This document shows positions 7,674 through 15,299 of a stretch of 25,390 nucleotides of DNA, piece by piece; the stretch's first letter is position 1, and every line of letters begins with the position of its first letter. This DNA is from a virus (taxonomy: Duplodnaviria > Caudoviricetes), in IMG/VR virus record IMGVR_UViG_3300036945_000289, positions 1 through 25,390 of that record. One strand, 5' to 3'. The notes under the pieces were generated by a model. It made no database searches and was not told the origin of the DNA. It saw nothing but the letters and a program-made list of their open reading frames with translations. A program made the translations under genes and the position numbers.

Positions 7674-7968
7674 CAACCCAAGGAAATCTCATGAAAACAT
7701 ATCAAGTTGAAATTAGCGTCAAGGTCCGCGAGGGCGGCGAAACCTACAGCCCCAACTACGCGATCAATTTCAAGATCGACGAAAAGCTGCCGGCCAACAC
7801 AGACGCGCAGAAATACCTTCGCTCACGTCTGGCCGAGGAGCTGCGTCGCAACTTCGATGCGCTGCTGGATCCGATCGACAACAAGACCGACCAGGCCATG
7901 GCGTCCGAGGATCCTCTCGAAGAGCCGCTCCCATTCTGATCACCAACCAACCAAAGGAAATCTCATGA
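7670..7968 (+). repeat. 25-bp direct repeat of a translation-initiation region
   Basis: CAACCAACCCAAGGAAATCTCATGA (7670-7694) and CAACCAACCAAAGGAAATCTCATGA (7944-7968), one mismatch. Confidence 0.85.
7691..7939 (+). CDS. hypothetical protein (82 aa) with acidic ...PLEEPLPF tail
   Basis: AAGGA RBS and ATG at 7691. Confidence 0.75.
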   Translation: MKTYQVEISVKVREGGETYSPNYAINFKIDEKLPANTDAQKYLRSRLAEELRRNFDALLDPIDNKTDQAMASEDPLEEPLPF

Positions 7969-8813
7969 GCAATCAACTCGCCCCCGTCGATCAGGTCCGC
8001 AACCAGCTGACCGCCATGCAGCCGCAGTTCGCTGCCGCCCTGCCCAAGCACGTCGACCCCGCTCGCTTCGTGCGCGTCGTCATGACCGCCGTGCAGATGA
8101 CGCCGGCCCTGCTGGACGCTGACCGCCGCACGCTGTTTGCCAGCGCCATGAAGGCCAGCCAGATGGGCCTGCTGCCCGACGGCCGCGAAGGCGCGATCGT
8201 CACCTTCAAGAACCAGGCGCAGTTCATGCCCATGGTCGCCGGCATCATGAAGATGGTGCGCAACTCGGGCGAGATCAGCACCTGGTCGGTGCAGGCCGTC
8301 TACGAGAACGACGCCTTCGACTTCTGCCTGGGCGACGACGAGCACATCACCCACAAGCCCGCGCTCACCAGCCGGGGCAAGATCATCGCCGTCTACTCGA
8401 TCGTCAGCATGAAGGACGGCGAGAAGTCCCGCGAGGTGATGAGCGTCGAGGACGTCAACGCGATCCGTGCCCGCAGCCGCTCGGGCAACTCGGGCCCGTG
8501 GGTTTCTGACTTTGCCGAGATGGCGAAGAAGACCGTGGTGCGCCGCCATGCCAAGCGCCTGCCCATGAGCACCGACCTGGACGACGTGCTGCGCGCAGAC
8601 GACGAGCTGTTCACGCCACCAGAGCAGCCCGAGGCACCGCCAGCTCCAGCTGCCCAGGCCGAGGCACCTGCACCCGTCAAGCGCGCCAGCCGCCTGTCCA
8701 AGGTGGCCGAGCAAGCACCACAGCCGCAGCACGACGACGACGGCGTGATCGACATGGAGCAAGCGCCCATGGAGGCAGACTACTCCACCGACCAGCACGA
8801 CAGCCCAATCTGA
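7965..8813 (+). CDS. recT: RecT-family ssDNA annealing recombinase
   Basis: Start MSNQLAPV with AAGGA RBS; ALPKHVDPARFVRV, GLLPDGREGAIV, VYENDAF, PWVSDFAEMAKKTVVRRHAKRLPMS. Confidence 0.93.
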   Translation: MSNQLAPVDQVRNQLTAMQPQFAAALPKHVDPARFVRVVMTAVQMTPALLDADRRTLFASAMKASQMGLLPDGREGAIVTFKNQAQFMPMVAGIMKMVRNSGEISTWSVQAVYENDAFDFCLGDDEHITHKPALTSRGKIIAVYSIVSMKDGEKSREVMSVEDVNAIRARSRSGNSGPWVSDFAEMAKKTVVRRHAKRLPMSTDLDDVLRADDELFTPPEQPEAPPAPAAQAEAPAPVKRASRLSKVAEQAPQPQHDDDGVIDMEQAPMEADYSTDQHDSPI

Positions 8814-8818
8814 TTTAC

Positions 8819-8885
8819 GGGCCGAAAGCGGATGCTGTGCGCTGGGGGATCCTGGCGACGCAACACAGACGCAGCGAGTAGGCCC
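8819..8885 (+). ncRNA. candidate structured RNA with loop-E/sarcin-ricin (GAA/AGUA) motif
   Basis: GGGCC-GAAA...GAGTA-GGCCC closing stem, then GC/GC, TGC/GCA, TGTG/CACA and apical CGCTGGG-GGAT-CCTGGCG; fills the recT-xis intergenic space. Confidence 0.6.
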
Positions 8886-8903
8886 ACCTTTTAGGACAAC
8901 GAC

Positions 8904-9089
8904 ATGACCCAAGATCTCCTTACGCCCCAGCAGGTCGCCGACCTTCTTCAGGTGAAGACCGACACCCTTGAGGCCTGGCGCGGCAAGCGCACGGGCCCCG
9001 CCTGGATCAAGCTCGGCGACGGCAAGCGCAGCCCCGTGCGCTACCGCAAGGCCGACATCGACGCCTACCTGAAGGCGAGGTCCGCATGA
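8904..9089 (+). CDS. excisionase-like winged HTH protein
   Basis: LLTPQQVADLLQVKTDTLEAWR...GPAWIKLG...VRYRKADIDAYL. Confidence 0.85.
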   Translation: MTQDLLTPQQVADLLQVKTDTLEAWRGKRTGPAWIKLGDGKRSPVRYRKADIDAYLKARSA

Positions 9090-9292
9090 ACAACACCAAC
9101 ACAGGTGGGCCAGCGTTTCCATATGGGACGGCGTATGCAGGAATGACCCTGCGCGACTACTTTGCGGCCGCGGCGATGCAAGCCACGGTGCAGGCATGGA
9201 TCTCTACAAATCAGTACCCAAGCACCGACATTGATGTCGCAGTAAATGCTTATGCCGTTGCCGACGCCATGCTGGAAGCGAGGGCGGCATGA
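9086..9292 (+). CDS. conserved phage hypothetical protein
   Basis: TGGPAFP...GMTLRDYFAAAAMQ...AYAVADAMLEAR motif, common in proteobacterial phages. Confidence 0.85.
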   Translation: MNNTNTGGPAFPYGTAYAGMTLRDYFAAAAMQATVQAWISTNQYPSTDIDVAVNAYAVADAMLEARAA

Positions 9293-9810
9293 AGCGCCGC
9301 AACATCACGCACCAGCCCACCTACTCGCTGCTCGACGAGATGACGGCAAGCCCCACGCAGCCGTTGCCCGAAGCCACCCGCCGGCACCAGCTCACCCGCA
9401 TGTGGGACTGCCTCGCCTCGATCGAGAAAGCAGCAGCACCAACGACAGACGATTGGCGCGTGTGCTCCGACGCAGTGAATCTCATGGAGACGCTGACCTC
9501 CACCAACAACGGATGGTGGGTCGACTGCGACGGCGATCCGGTTCAGATCACTGACAGCAGCGGCCTGCTTCAGGACGCGGTGACAGCCCTGGCGCTGGCC
9601 GGCAAGCGCCACCGGGACAGCAGCTCTTCGATCCGACTCGACGCGCAAGGCATCCTGGCCGTGCGCGGCGTGCTCGAGGACTATGCCTCGATCATTGAGC
9701 AGATGCCCGCTCGCGCCATGATCCACTGCCACCGACGGACAGAGCGCCAGATGCGCGACATCCTGATGGGCAAGAAGCGCCCCCACGACATTGAAATCAT
9801 CAACCTCTGA
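9289..9810 (+). CDS. hypothetical phage protein (173 aa)
   Basis: ATGA-coupled to the previous gene; typical codon usage. Confidence 0.8.
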   Translation: MKRRNITHQPTYSLLDEMTASPTQPLPEATRRHQLTRMWDCLASIEKAAAPTTDDWRVCSDAVNLMETLTSTNNGWWVDCDGDPVQITDSSGLLQDAVTALALAGKRHRDSSSSIRLDAQGILAVRGVLEDYASIIEQMPARAMIHCHRRTERQMRDILMGKKRPHDIEIINL

Positions 9811-9821
9811 GAGAACAGACC

Positions 9822-9986
9822 ATGAACAACCGCAAATTCCCCCGCACCCTTCAGGAGGCCTTTGGGCCCTACACCAGCCGCGAATTCATCGAGCCGCTCG
9901 AGCCCATGAGCCTGGCGCACAAGGCGGCGATCGTCGTCACCATCTTGGCCGCGGGCTTTGTCACTTTGCAGGTGGTGCTGTCATGA
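9822..9986 (+). CDS. 54-aa protein with C-terminal TM helix
   Basis: Hand-translated MNNRKFPRTLQEAFGPYTS...AAIVVTILAAGFVTLQVVLS; stop overlaps the next ATG. Confidence 0.7.
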   Translation: MNNRKFPRTLQEAFGPYTSREFIEPLEPMSLAHKAAIVVTILAAGFVTLQVVLS

Positions 9987-10213
9987 GCGAGGAGATCGGA
10001 ACCAGCACGGCAATGCCGTCGCGAGACGACGTGTTCGCGCGCGATCCCTACATCCCCGGCGACGGCGACGTGCGCAGCATCCCGCGCCCAGGCTCGCAGG
10101 ACGCCTTGGAAGTGCCCAGCCTGTTCGGCCATCGCCTGTTCTACCGCGATGGCCGCGTCAAGCCCGTGGTCCGGCACCTGCCAAGCGATGACACGGAAGG
10201 CGGCGAGCCATGA
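9983..10213 (+). CDS. hypothetical protein (76 aa)
   Basis: ATG at 9983 coupled to the previous stop; RPGSQDALEVPSLFG motif. Confidence 0.65.
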   Translation: MSEEIGTSTAMPSRDDVFARDPYIPGDGDVRSIPRPGSQDALEVPSLFGHRLFYRDGRVKPVVRHLPSDDTEGGEP

Positions 10214-10413
10214 CCACCAAGACCACGCACAACAAGTTCGCCCTGGTCGACACCCAGCACCACTGGATCGAGATCGAGGGCAGCCCGCCTCCACACGGCA
10301 CCAAACTGCTGCTGATCAACCGGAAGATGGGCGTCGCCACGATCGGCAACTACACCAAGGGCTGCGGCTGGACGCACTACGCCGGCCTGCCCACCTTCAA
10401 GGACCGACAATGA
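10210..10413 (+). CDS. hypothetical protein (67 aa)
   Basis: ATGA-coupled at both ends; PPHGTKLLLI...WTHYAGLPTF. Confidence 0.75.
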   Translation: MTTKTTHNKFALVDTQHHWIEIEGSPPPHGTKLLLINRKMGVATIGNYTKGCGWTHYAGLPTFKDRQ

Positions 10414-10700
10414 ACTGCTGCGACTATGACTGCGACCAGGGGCGCAACTGCCCAGCGCGCAAGACCGCGACGTGCCCTCACTGCTACGGCATCGGCTACG
10501 ACGCGAGCGGCTACGCCTGCACCTGCCAGCAGGCAGAAGTCGCGAAGGTGGGCCGCAAGTACCAGGACCGCGAGCCACTGTTCGGCATCTCATGGCGCCG
10601 GCAGCTTCGCCACCTTGCACTGGCTATGCTGGTCTGCCTGGCGGTGATGCTCGTTTCTGGCCTGGTCGTGGTCACGATGGGGGCCGTGACCAGAACGTGA
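10410..10700 (+). CDS. Cys-rich protein with C-terminal TM helix (96 aa)
   Basis: MNCCDYDCDQGRNCP...CPHCYGIG...CTC and a hydrophobic tail; AAGGA RBS. Confidence 0.7.
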   Translation: MNCCDYDCDQGRNCPARKTATCPHCYGIGYDASGYACTCQQAEVAKVGRKYQDREPLFGISWRRQLRHLALAMLVCLAVMLVSGLVVVTMGAVTRT

Positions 10701-10722
10701 CCACGATATTTTTTCACGGCCA

Positions 10723-10747
10723 CCCAGCTTTGGCTGGGCTTTTTTTT
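10723..10747 (+). terminator. intrinsic terminator of the early rightward operon
   Basis: CCCAGC-TTTG-GCTGGG followed by C and T8. Confidence 0.85.
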
Positions 10748-10769
10748 GTGAGTGATTTCAGGGCTTTGA

Positions 10770-10815
<46 letters not shown>

Positions 10816-10914
10816 TTGATTCAACGGTCTGGACGCAACCCGCCTCTTGCGGTTTTATGCTGTTGATGCAATGCTTTAGCTCCTGACGTAACCCTTAGCA
10901 ACAGGTGGTAAACC

Positions 10915-12000
10915 TTGGCTTCCCGTGACCACGCCGTGACCACAGAGCACGACCCGAAGATCCCTGGCCTCCAGCTGCGCCACCTCGCCACCAAGTCGGT
11001 CTGGTATCTCTACTACCGCGACCGGCACGGCAAACAGCGCAAGCCAGCGCTCGGCGACAGCCGCATCATCACCCGCATCAAGGCCCGCGAGCTGGCCCTG
11101 CAAACCCTCGCAGCTGTCGCAGCCGGACAGGACGTCGAGGCCGCCAAGCCCAACACGATGGCCGACCTGTGGGACAAATACCAGCGCGAGTGGATGCCCC
11201 GCAAAAAGCCCAAGAGCCAGCACGACGACAAGCAGCTCTGGCGACTGCACATCGAGCCCGAGCTCGGCCACTGCATCGTCTCCAAGGTGCGGCCATCCGA
11301 GGTCACCGCCATGCACACCAAGATGGCGGCCACCCCGTACCAGGCGAACCGGGCCTGCGCCCTGCTTTCCAAGATGTTCAACCTGGCGAAGAAGTGGGAA
11401 TGGCGCACGGGCGACAACCCGGTGCAGGTCGATCGGTTCAAGGAGATCAAGCGCAAGCGCGTGCCCAGCGTCGACGAGATGAAGCGGGTGATCGCGGCCC
11501 TGCCAACGTCCGACCCTTACCTGCGCGGCCTGATCGAGCTGCTCACCTACACGGGCGCACGCAAGACCGAGATCATGCACTGCCGCCGCGAGTGGATCAG
11601 AGATGGCGCGATCCACCTTCCAGACAGCAAGACGGGCGACAAGGTGATCTGGCTGTCGGCCGCGGCCCAGGCTTGCATCGCCAACATCCCGGTGACGGTG
11701 GACAACCCGTATCTGATCTGCGGCCGGGTGGAAGGCCAGCCCATGCAGAGCCCGAAGAAGGGCTGGGCGGGCATCCTGAAGCGCGCCAAGGTCACCGACC
11801 TGCGCATGCACGACCTGCGTCGCTTCTACGCCTCCACGGGCCTGTCGGCGGGCCTCACGCTTGAGGCCGTCGGGTCACTGCTTGGGCACGCATCGACCAG
11901 CACGACGGCCGGCTATGCGTACATGCAGACCGGTGCCGCCAAGGCAGCAGCCGATCTGACGGGCGCGGCCATCGCCAAGGGGCAGGAGGTCAGGCCTTGA
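10915..12000 (+). CDS. int: tyrosine integrase
   Basis: TGARKTEI (R), DSKTG (K), HDLRR, LLGH, TTAGY catalytic set; N-terminal arm-binding domain. Start may be TTG 10915 or GTG 10936. Confidence 0.95.
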   Translation: MASRDHAVTTEHDPKIPGLQLRHLATKSVWYLYYRDRHGKQRKPALGDSRIITRIKARELALQTLAAVAAGQDVEAAKPNTMADLWDKYQREWMPRKKPKSQHDDKQLWRLHIEPELGHCIVSKVRPSEVTAMHTKMAATPYQANRACALLSKMFNLAKKWEWRTGDNPVQVDRFKEIKRKRVPSVDEMKRVIAALPTSDPYLRGLIELLTYTGARKTEIMHCRREWIRDGAIHLPDSKTGDKVIWLSAAAQACIANIPVTVDNPYLICGRVEGQPMQSPKKGWAGILKRAKVTDLRMHDLRRFYASTGLSAGLTLEAVGSLLGHASTSTTAGYAYMQTGAAKAAADLTGAAIAKGQEVRP

Positions 12001-12478
12001 TCTCGGTGATGGTGATGGACGAGGCTGCCACGCCACCCAAAAACCGTCCGCCCGCAAACCCATTCAAGGTTGTTGTCCCAGCGGCACTGCCGCCAGCACG
12101 CACACGGAAGGTGGTGGAAGACGTGGTCCCTGCTGTCATGCAGTGCACGTATGTGAGCTGGACCAATTGCGTCGCGGACTGTGGTAGCTGCGCAGCAGCA
12201 GCCAAGGCGTTTGCCGTGCTGTCCTGAAACAGGCCAGAGACAACGTGCCCGATGCTCGACGTTGAGATCGACAGGGACACCGTGATCAGCAGCGTGTTGG
12301 CGGCATTGGTCGGCGTGATTGTCTGCGTCAGGTATTCATTGCCCTCGGTGATTTGAGGGATCGTGTTATCGCCAGGCATGATTGTCGTGCCGGTAGCGAC
12401 CGCCCCGGTCTGGGTATTCACGACCTGGACGACCGCTCCGGCGCCGAGCATTGATGTTGGTACTTGTGTCAGTGGCAT
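11990..12478 (-). CDS. stand-alone tail-fibre-tip-like beta protein (162 aa)
   Basis: GAVVQVVNTQ...TITPTNAANTLLI...TTSSTTFRVRAG...SSITITEIKA resembles fibre C-termini; GGGAGG RBS. Confidence 0.6.
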   Translation of the reverse strand: MPLTQVPTSMLGAGAVVQVVNTQTGAVATGTTIMPGDNTIPQITEGNEYLTQTITPTNAANTLLITVSLSISTSSIGHVVSGLFQDSTANALAAAAQLPQSATQLVQLTYVHCMTAGTTSSTTFRVRAGGSAAGTTTLNGFAGGRFLGGVAASSITITEIKA

Positions 12479-12489
12479 ACGCCTCCCTG

Positions 12490-13095
12490 TTAGGCCGTGG
12501 CCCCGTTGATGTCGTCAGCGTCGGAGAAGGCCCCCTTCGCCACCAGATACTGTGCCTTGCGCTCGGCCAGGTGCAGCTTGGCCGGGCCGTTGACGATGGC
12601 CGTGACCTTCGTCATGTCGCCAAGGTCGGCGGGCGGGTTGCAGCCGTTGGCCTTCCAGAACCACGCGGCCGACAGCGCTGCATATTCAGGCGTCGTGAGC
12701 AGGTTGGGCTCGCTCACGAAGTCCACGCCCAGCGCCTCGCCGCACCTGCGGTAGTTCGCCTCCCAGGTGAGCTGGATCAGGCCGCGCCCATGGAACCCTT
12801 GGTACAGCTTCTGGCTGAGGGCCTTTGGGTTTTTCGCAAAGGGTGTTGCGTCATCCGCATCACGGAAGGCGCGCTTAAAGATCGACGCCAGGCGCTCTGG
12901 GCTGGAATAGAAAAGCCCCTCCTCGACGGCCGACAGGCGGGCCGACTCGATCGAGACGGTCGCCAGGAACGCGGAGATCCGGTTCGCCGTGTTGATCTCG
13001 AACTGATCCATCGCCGCGTTCAGTGCGTCAATGTATTTGGCCGCATTGGCCGGCGTGGAGCCCGTGGCCTTCTGGAGATAGTCGACGGTGATCAT
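12490..13095 (-). CDS. GH19 (chitinase-like) endolysin
   Basis: RISAFLATVSIES...EEGLFYS, FHGRGLIQLTW..NY, AALSAAWFW, VTAIVNG. Confidence 0.9.
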   Translation of the reverse strand: MITVDYLQKATGSTPANAAKYIDALNAAMDQFEINTANRISAFLATVSIESARLSAVEEGLFYSSPERLASIFKRAFRDADDATPFAKNPKALSQKLYQGFHGRGLIQLTWEANYRRCGEALGVDFVSEPNLLTTPEYAALSAAWFWKANGCNPPADLGDMTKVTAIVNGPAKLHLAERKAQYLVAKGAFSDADDINGATA

Positions 13096-13562
13096 TTAGA
13101 ACCCTTCATCGTTGATGTGATTTTCTCAGCAGTCCGGCCACCAAAATAGGCAGCCATGACCAGCATGCCCCACTGCCCGAGCAGCGTGACGTATGCCTCG
13201 GCGATCCTGAACCCGAAGCCGTCGAGCAGCGCCATGATCAGGTAGGCCGACAGCAGGTAGATCAGCGTCATGGGCCGGATGTTCTTGGACAGCCAGCTGT
13301 CGCTTGCCATGTCGGCCTGCCAGCGCTCGCTGATCGCCTTCTGCTCGGCCTCGAACTGGCGCACGTCGATCTCGCGCAGCTTGAGCGCCAGATCGGGGTT
13401 GGCCTGCAACCTGGCGGTGACAGCGTCCACCGTCGGCTCGGCGCCGATCATCTCGGCGATGCTGCCCACGATCTTGCCCGCCAGCGGGCCACCGGCCGCA
13501 GTCGCCAAGGTGGTCGCCAGCGCTGGTGCGGCGCCCTTCAAAAGATCAAGCAGCTTGTCCAT
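13092..13562 (-). CDS. holin (3TM/GTA-type)
   Basis: RWQADMASDSWLSKNIRPMTL, hydrophobic helices, AYFGGR; directly upstream of the endolysin. Confidence 0.8.
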   Translation of the reverse strand: MDKLLDLLKGAAPALATTLATAAGGPLAGKIVGSIAEMIGAEPTVDAVTARLQANPDLALKLREIDVRQFEAEQKAISERWQADMASDSWLSKNIRPMTLIYLLSAYLIMALLDGFGFRIAEAYVTLLGQWGMLVMAAYFGGRTAEKITSTMKGSK

Positions 13563-13860
13563 CTTTGCCCTCCTTCGGCTCGTCTACATTGGTTGGTTCT
13601 CTTTTGCTCGGCAGCATGTCGTTGAGCACATCCTTGCCCTTGATGGCGAGCAGTGTTGCCAGCGATCCAAGGATGTATTTGCTCATGTCCGAGAGCAGGA
13701 AGAAGAACTGCTTGTCGGCCGGCGCAATGCCGCTCATGGGCTGGGTCACAAACACCAGCGAGTAAAGCGAGAAGAACACCATGCCCATGACGGTCAGCGC
13801 AAACACCAAGCCGATGAAGAACCGCAAGAGGGAGTCGAGTTGTTCGGGGGTGTACTTCAT
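13546..13860 (-). CDS. membrane protein with two TM helices (104 aa)
   Basis: Two hydrophobic segments; overlaps both neighbours in the lysis operon. Confidence 0.75.
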   Translation of the reverse strand: MKYTPEQLDSLLRFFIGLVFALTVMGMVFFSLYSLVFVTQPMSGIAPADKQFFFLLSDMSKYILGSLATLLAIKGKDVLNDMLPSKREPTNVDEPKEGKDGQAA

Positions 13861-14036
13861 TTTTCGTTCTCCATCTTCATGTCGGTGGGCTTGTTGAGTT
13901 GGTCAGGGCAAACGCCATTGATTGAGCACATGGGCCTGACGCAGTCGGGCTTGTCCCAGTTCTTGGGGTCTTGGCATGCGTAGCGAAAGCGCTCATCGCA
14001 CCCGGCCAACAGCAAAAGAAAAGTCAGCTTCCACAT
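13857..14036 (-). CDS. small Cys-rich lipoprotein (59 aa)
   Basis: MWKLTFLLLLAGC lipobox; four further Cys. Confidence 0.75.
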   Translation of the reverse strand: MWKLTFLLLLAGCDERFRYACQDPKNWDKPDCVRPMCSINGVCPDQLNKPTDMKMENEK

Positions 14037-14515
14037 TTGGCACTCCGGCAATAGAAGTAAATCTCGATACCGACCCACATCAGGATCACAAAGACGACCA
14101 CGGACAGCGTGACAGCGATTGCCAGCTCAAGGGTTTCCTTGCGCTTCTTGCGCGCTTGCTTGGCCGCGTCCGCTGCTCGTCGGCGCTGGGCCTTGTCGTC
14201 CTGGTCCATCTGTTGACGGCGAGCGACGATCTTTTCCCAGATGTCCATGTTGTTGGGAAAGAACAGGCCCTTGACCTGCTCCTCAAAGTTGCGGGCATCG
14301 GCCAGCGCGAGCTCGAGCTCCACGGCCTTGCCCATGTTCGAGCCCTTGAAGCCGCCCTTGTTGACCTCCTCCAGCACCTGGACCGCATCAGCCTTGGCGT
14401 CAAAATATTTGCCCAGCACAGGGCCTAGACTGCGGACATCGTCGACAGTCTTGACGGCCTTCTTGACCAGATTGACCGCAGCAGAAACGGCTGCGAGGGC
14501 GGTTAGCGGGTCCAT
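14024..14515 (-). CDS. helical protein with C-terminal TM anchor (163 aa)
   Basis: MDPLTALAAVSAAV..., basic coiled segment, then one TM helix. Confidence 0.8.
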   Translation of the reverse strand: MDPLTALAAVSAAVNLVKKAVKTVDDVRSLGPVLGKYFDAKADAVQVLEEVNKGGFKGSNMGKAVELELALADARNFEEQVKGLFFPNNMDIWEKIVARRQQMDQDDKAQRRRAADAAKQARKKRKETLELAIAVTLSVVVFVILMWVGIEIYFYCRSAKCGS

Positions 14516-14601
14516 AAAATTTCAACCATTACCTTTGCTATCCACATAACAATGCCGACAATGAACAATGCCGCGACAAGTGCAACGGCAAAGTCTTTCA
14601 T
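14503..14601 (-). CDS. 32-aa single-TM microprotein
   Basis: Hand-translated MKDFAVALVAALFIVGIVMWIAKVMVEILWTR; ATG overlaps the upstream stop and the ORF fills the gap exactly. Confidence 0.6.
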   Translation of the reverse strand: MKDFAVALVAALFIVGIVMWIAKVMVEILWTR

Positions 14602-14822
14602 TGCTTGTCGGCCTTGCCGTCCAGTTTGTCGAAGATCTGCTTGAGGATTGACTTGACCTCCGCAATGTCAGATCGGTAGTCGTCCTTCGCCACATAGGTG
14701 TGCGGCAGCTCGTTGACCTTGTCTTCCATCCGCTGAATATTGCGCGTCATACTGTTGATAACGTAGACGGCCAAGCCACCCGCAATAGATATGACAAGGT
14801 TAAAAAGTTGTTGGTTATCCAT
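14598..14822 (-). CDS. N-terminal TM plus coiled-coil protein (74 aa)
   Basis: MDNQQLFNLVISIAGGLAVYVI...YVAKDDY...IFDKLDGKADK. Confidence 0.75.
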   Translation of the reverse strand: MDNQQLFNLVISIAGGLAVYVINSMTRNIQRMEDKVNELPHTYVAKDDYRSDIAEVKSILKQIFDKLDGKADKQ

Positions 14823-14823
14823 A

Positions 14824-15054
14824 TCACACCATTGAGTCAGCAATCAGTTTGAGTTCAGGCACACCGGCGGCAGTGTCAATGTCCAGTTGAATGGCAGCGT
14901 ACTTGTCGCGCACGGATTGGCGAGCAGCTTCAGCAATGGCGGCTTCCGATGGAATCGTGGCCTTGATGTCCAGTGGTGCAAACTCAGCGGTGCGCTTTGC
15001 ACGCCGAATGTCATGCACAATTGTTTTTGCTTTGTTGAGATTGATGGAGATCAT
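14824..15054 (-). CDS. tail-fibre-associated protein (assembly chaperone-like)
   Basis: ISINLNKAK...RRAKRTAEFAPLD motif; follows the fibre gene. Confidence 0.65.
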   Translation of the reverse strand: MISINLNKAKTIVHDIRRAKRTAEFAPLDIKATIPSEAAIAEAARQSVRDKYAAIQLDIDTAAGVPELKLIADSMV

Positions 15055-15290
15055 GCTGTGTACTCCCAGGCTGCGCGGAACGTGCGATCTTCGGGAATGT
15101 CAGAGACATCCACGATCTTGAAGGGCTTGCCAGCAGGCACATCTTTGGCTGCGATCCACGCGATGAACTCGTCGTCGGTTTCGTCGCGGGTAACAGTTTC
15201 AGACTCCTGCACTTGGCGTCGAGCCTCCGGCGCAGGAATGATGACGGCCACGCCGCCATCGTCAGTCGGGTAGATGATGCGTTTGTTCAT
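15051..15290 (-). CDS. tail-fibre-associated protein (assembly chaperone-like)
   Basis: IIYPTDDGGVAVIIPA...IAAKDVPAG...DIPEDRTFRAAWE; immediately after the fibre. Confidence 0.7.
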   Translation of the reverse strand: MNKRIIYPTDDGGVAVIIPAPEARRQVQESETVTRDETDDEFIAWIAAKDVPAGKPFKIVDVSDIPEDRTFRAAWEYTA

Positions 15291-15299
15291 GGTGTTCTT

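Noticed and set aside
7707-7964. N-terminal extension of RecT in the ORF track
   Set aside because: It overlaps the 7691..7939 gene; the RBS supports ATG 7965.
8819-8885. Hammerhead or other known ribozyme
   Set aside because: GAAA is present but the CUGANGA core is absent.
7770-9197. Long antisense ORFs (also 18687..20156, 20677..21708, 23323..24411, 236..898, 10876..11811)
   Set aside because: Shadow frames of GC-rich genes on the opposite strand, with no recognisable motifs.
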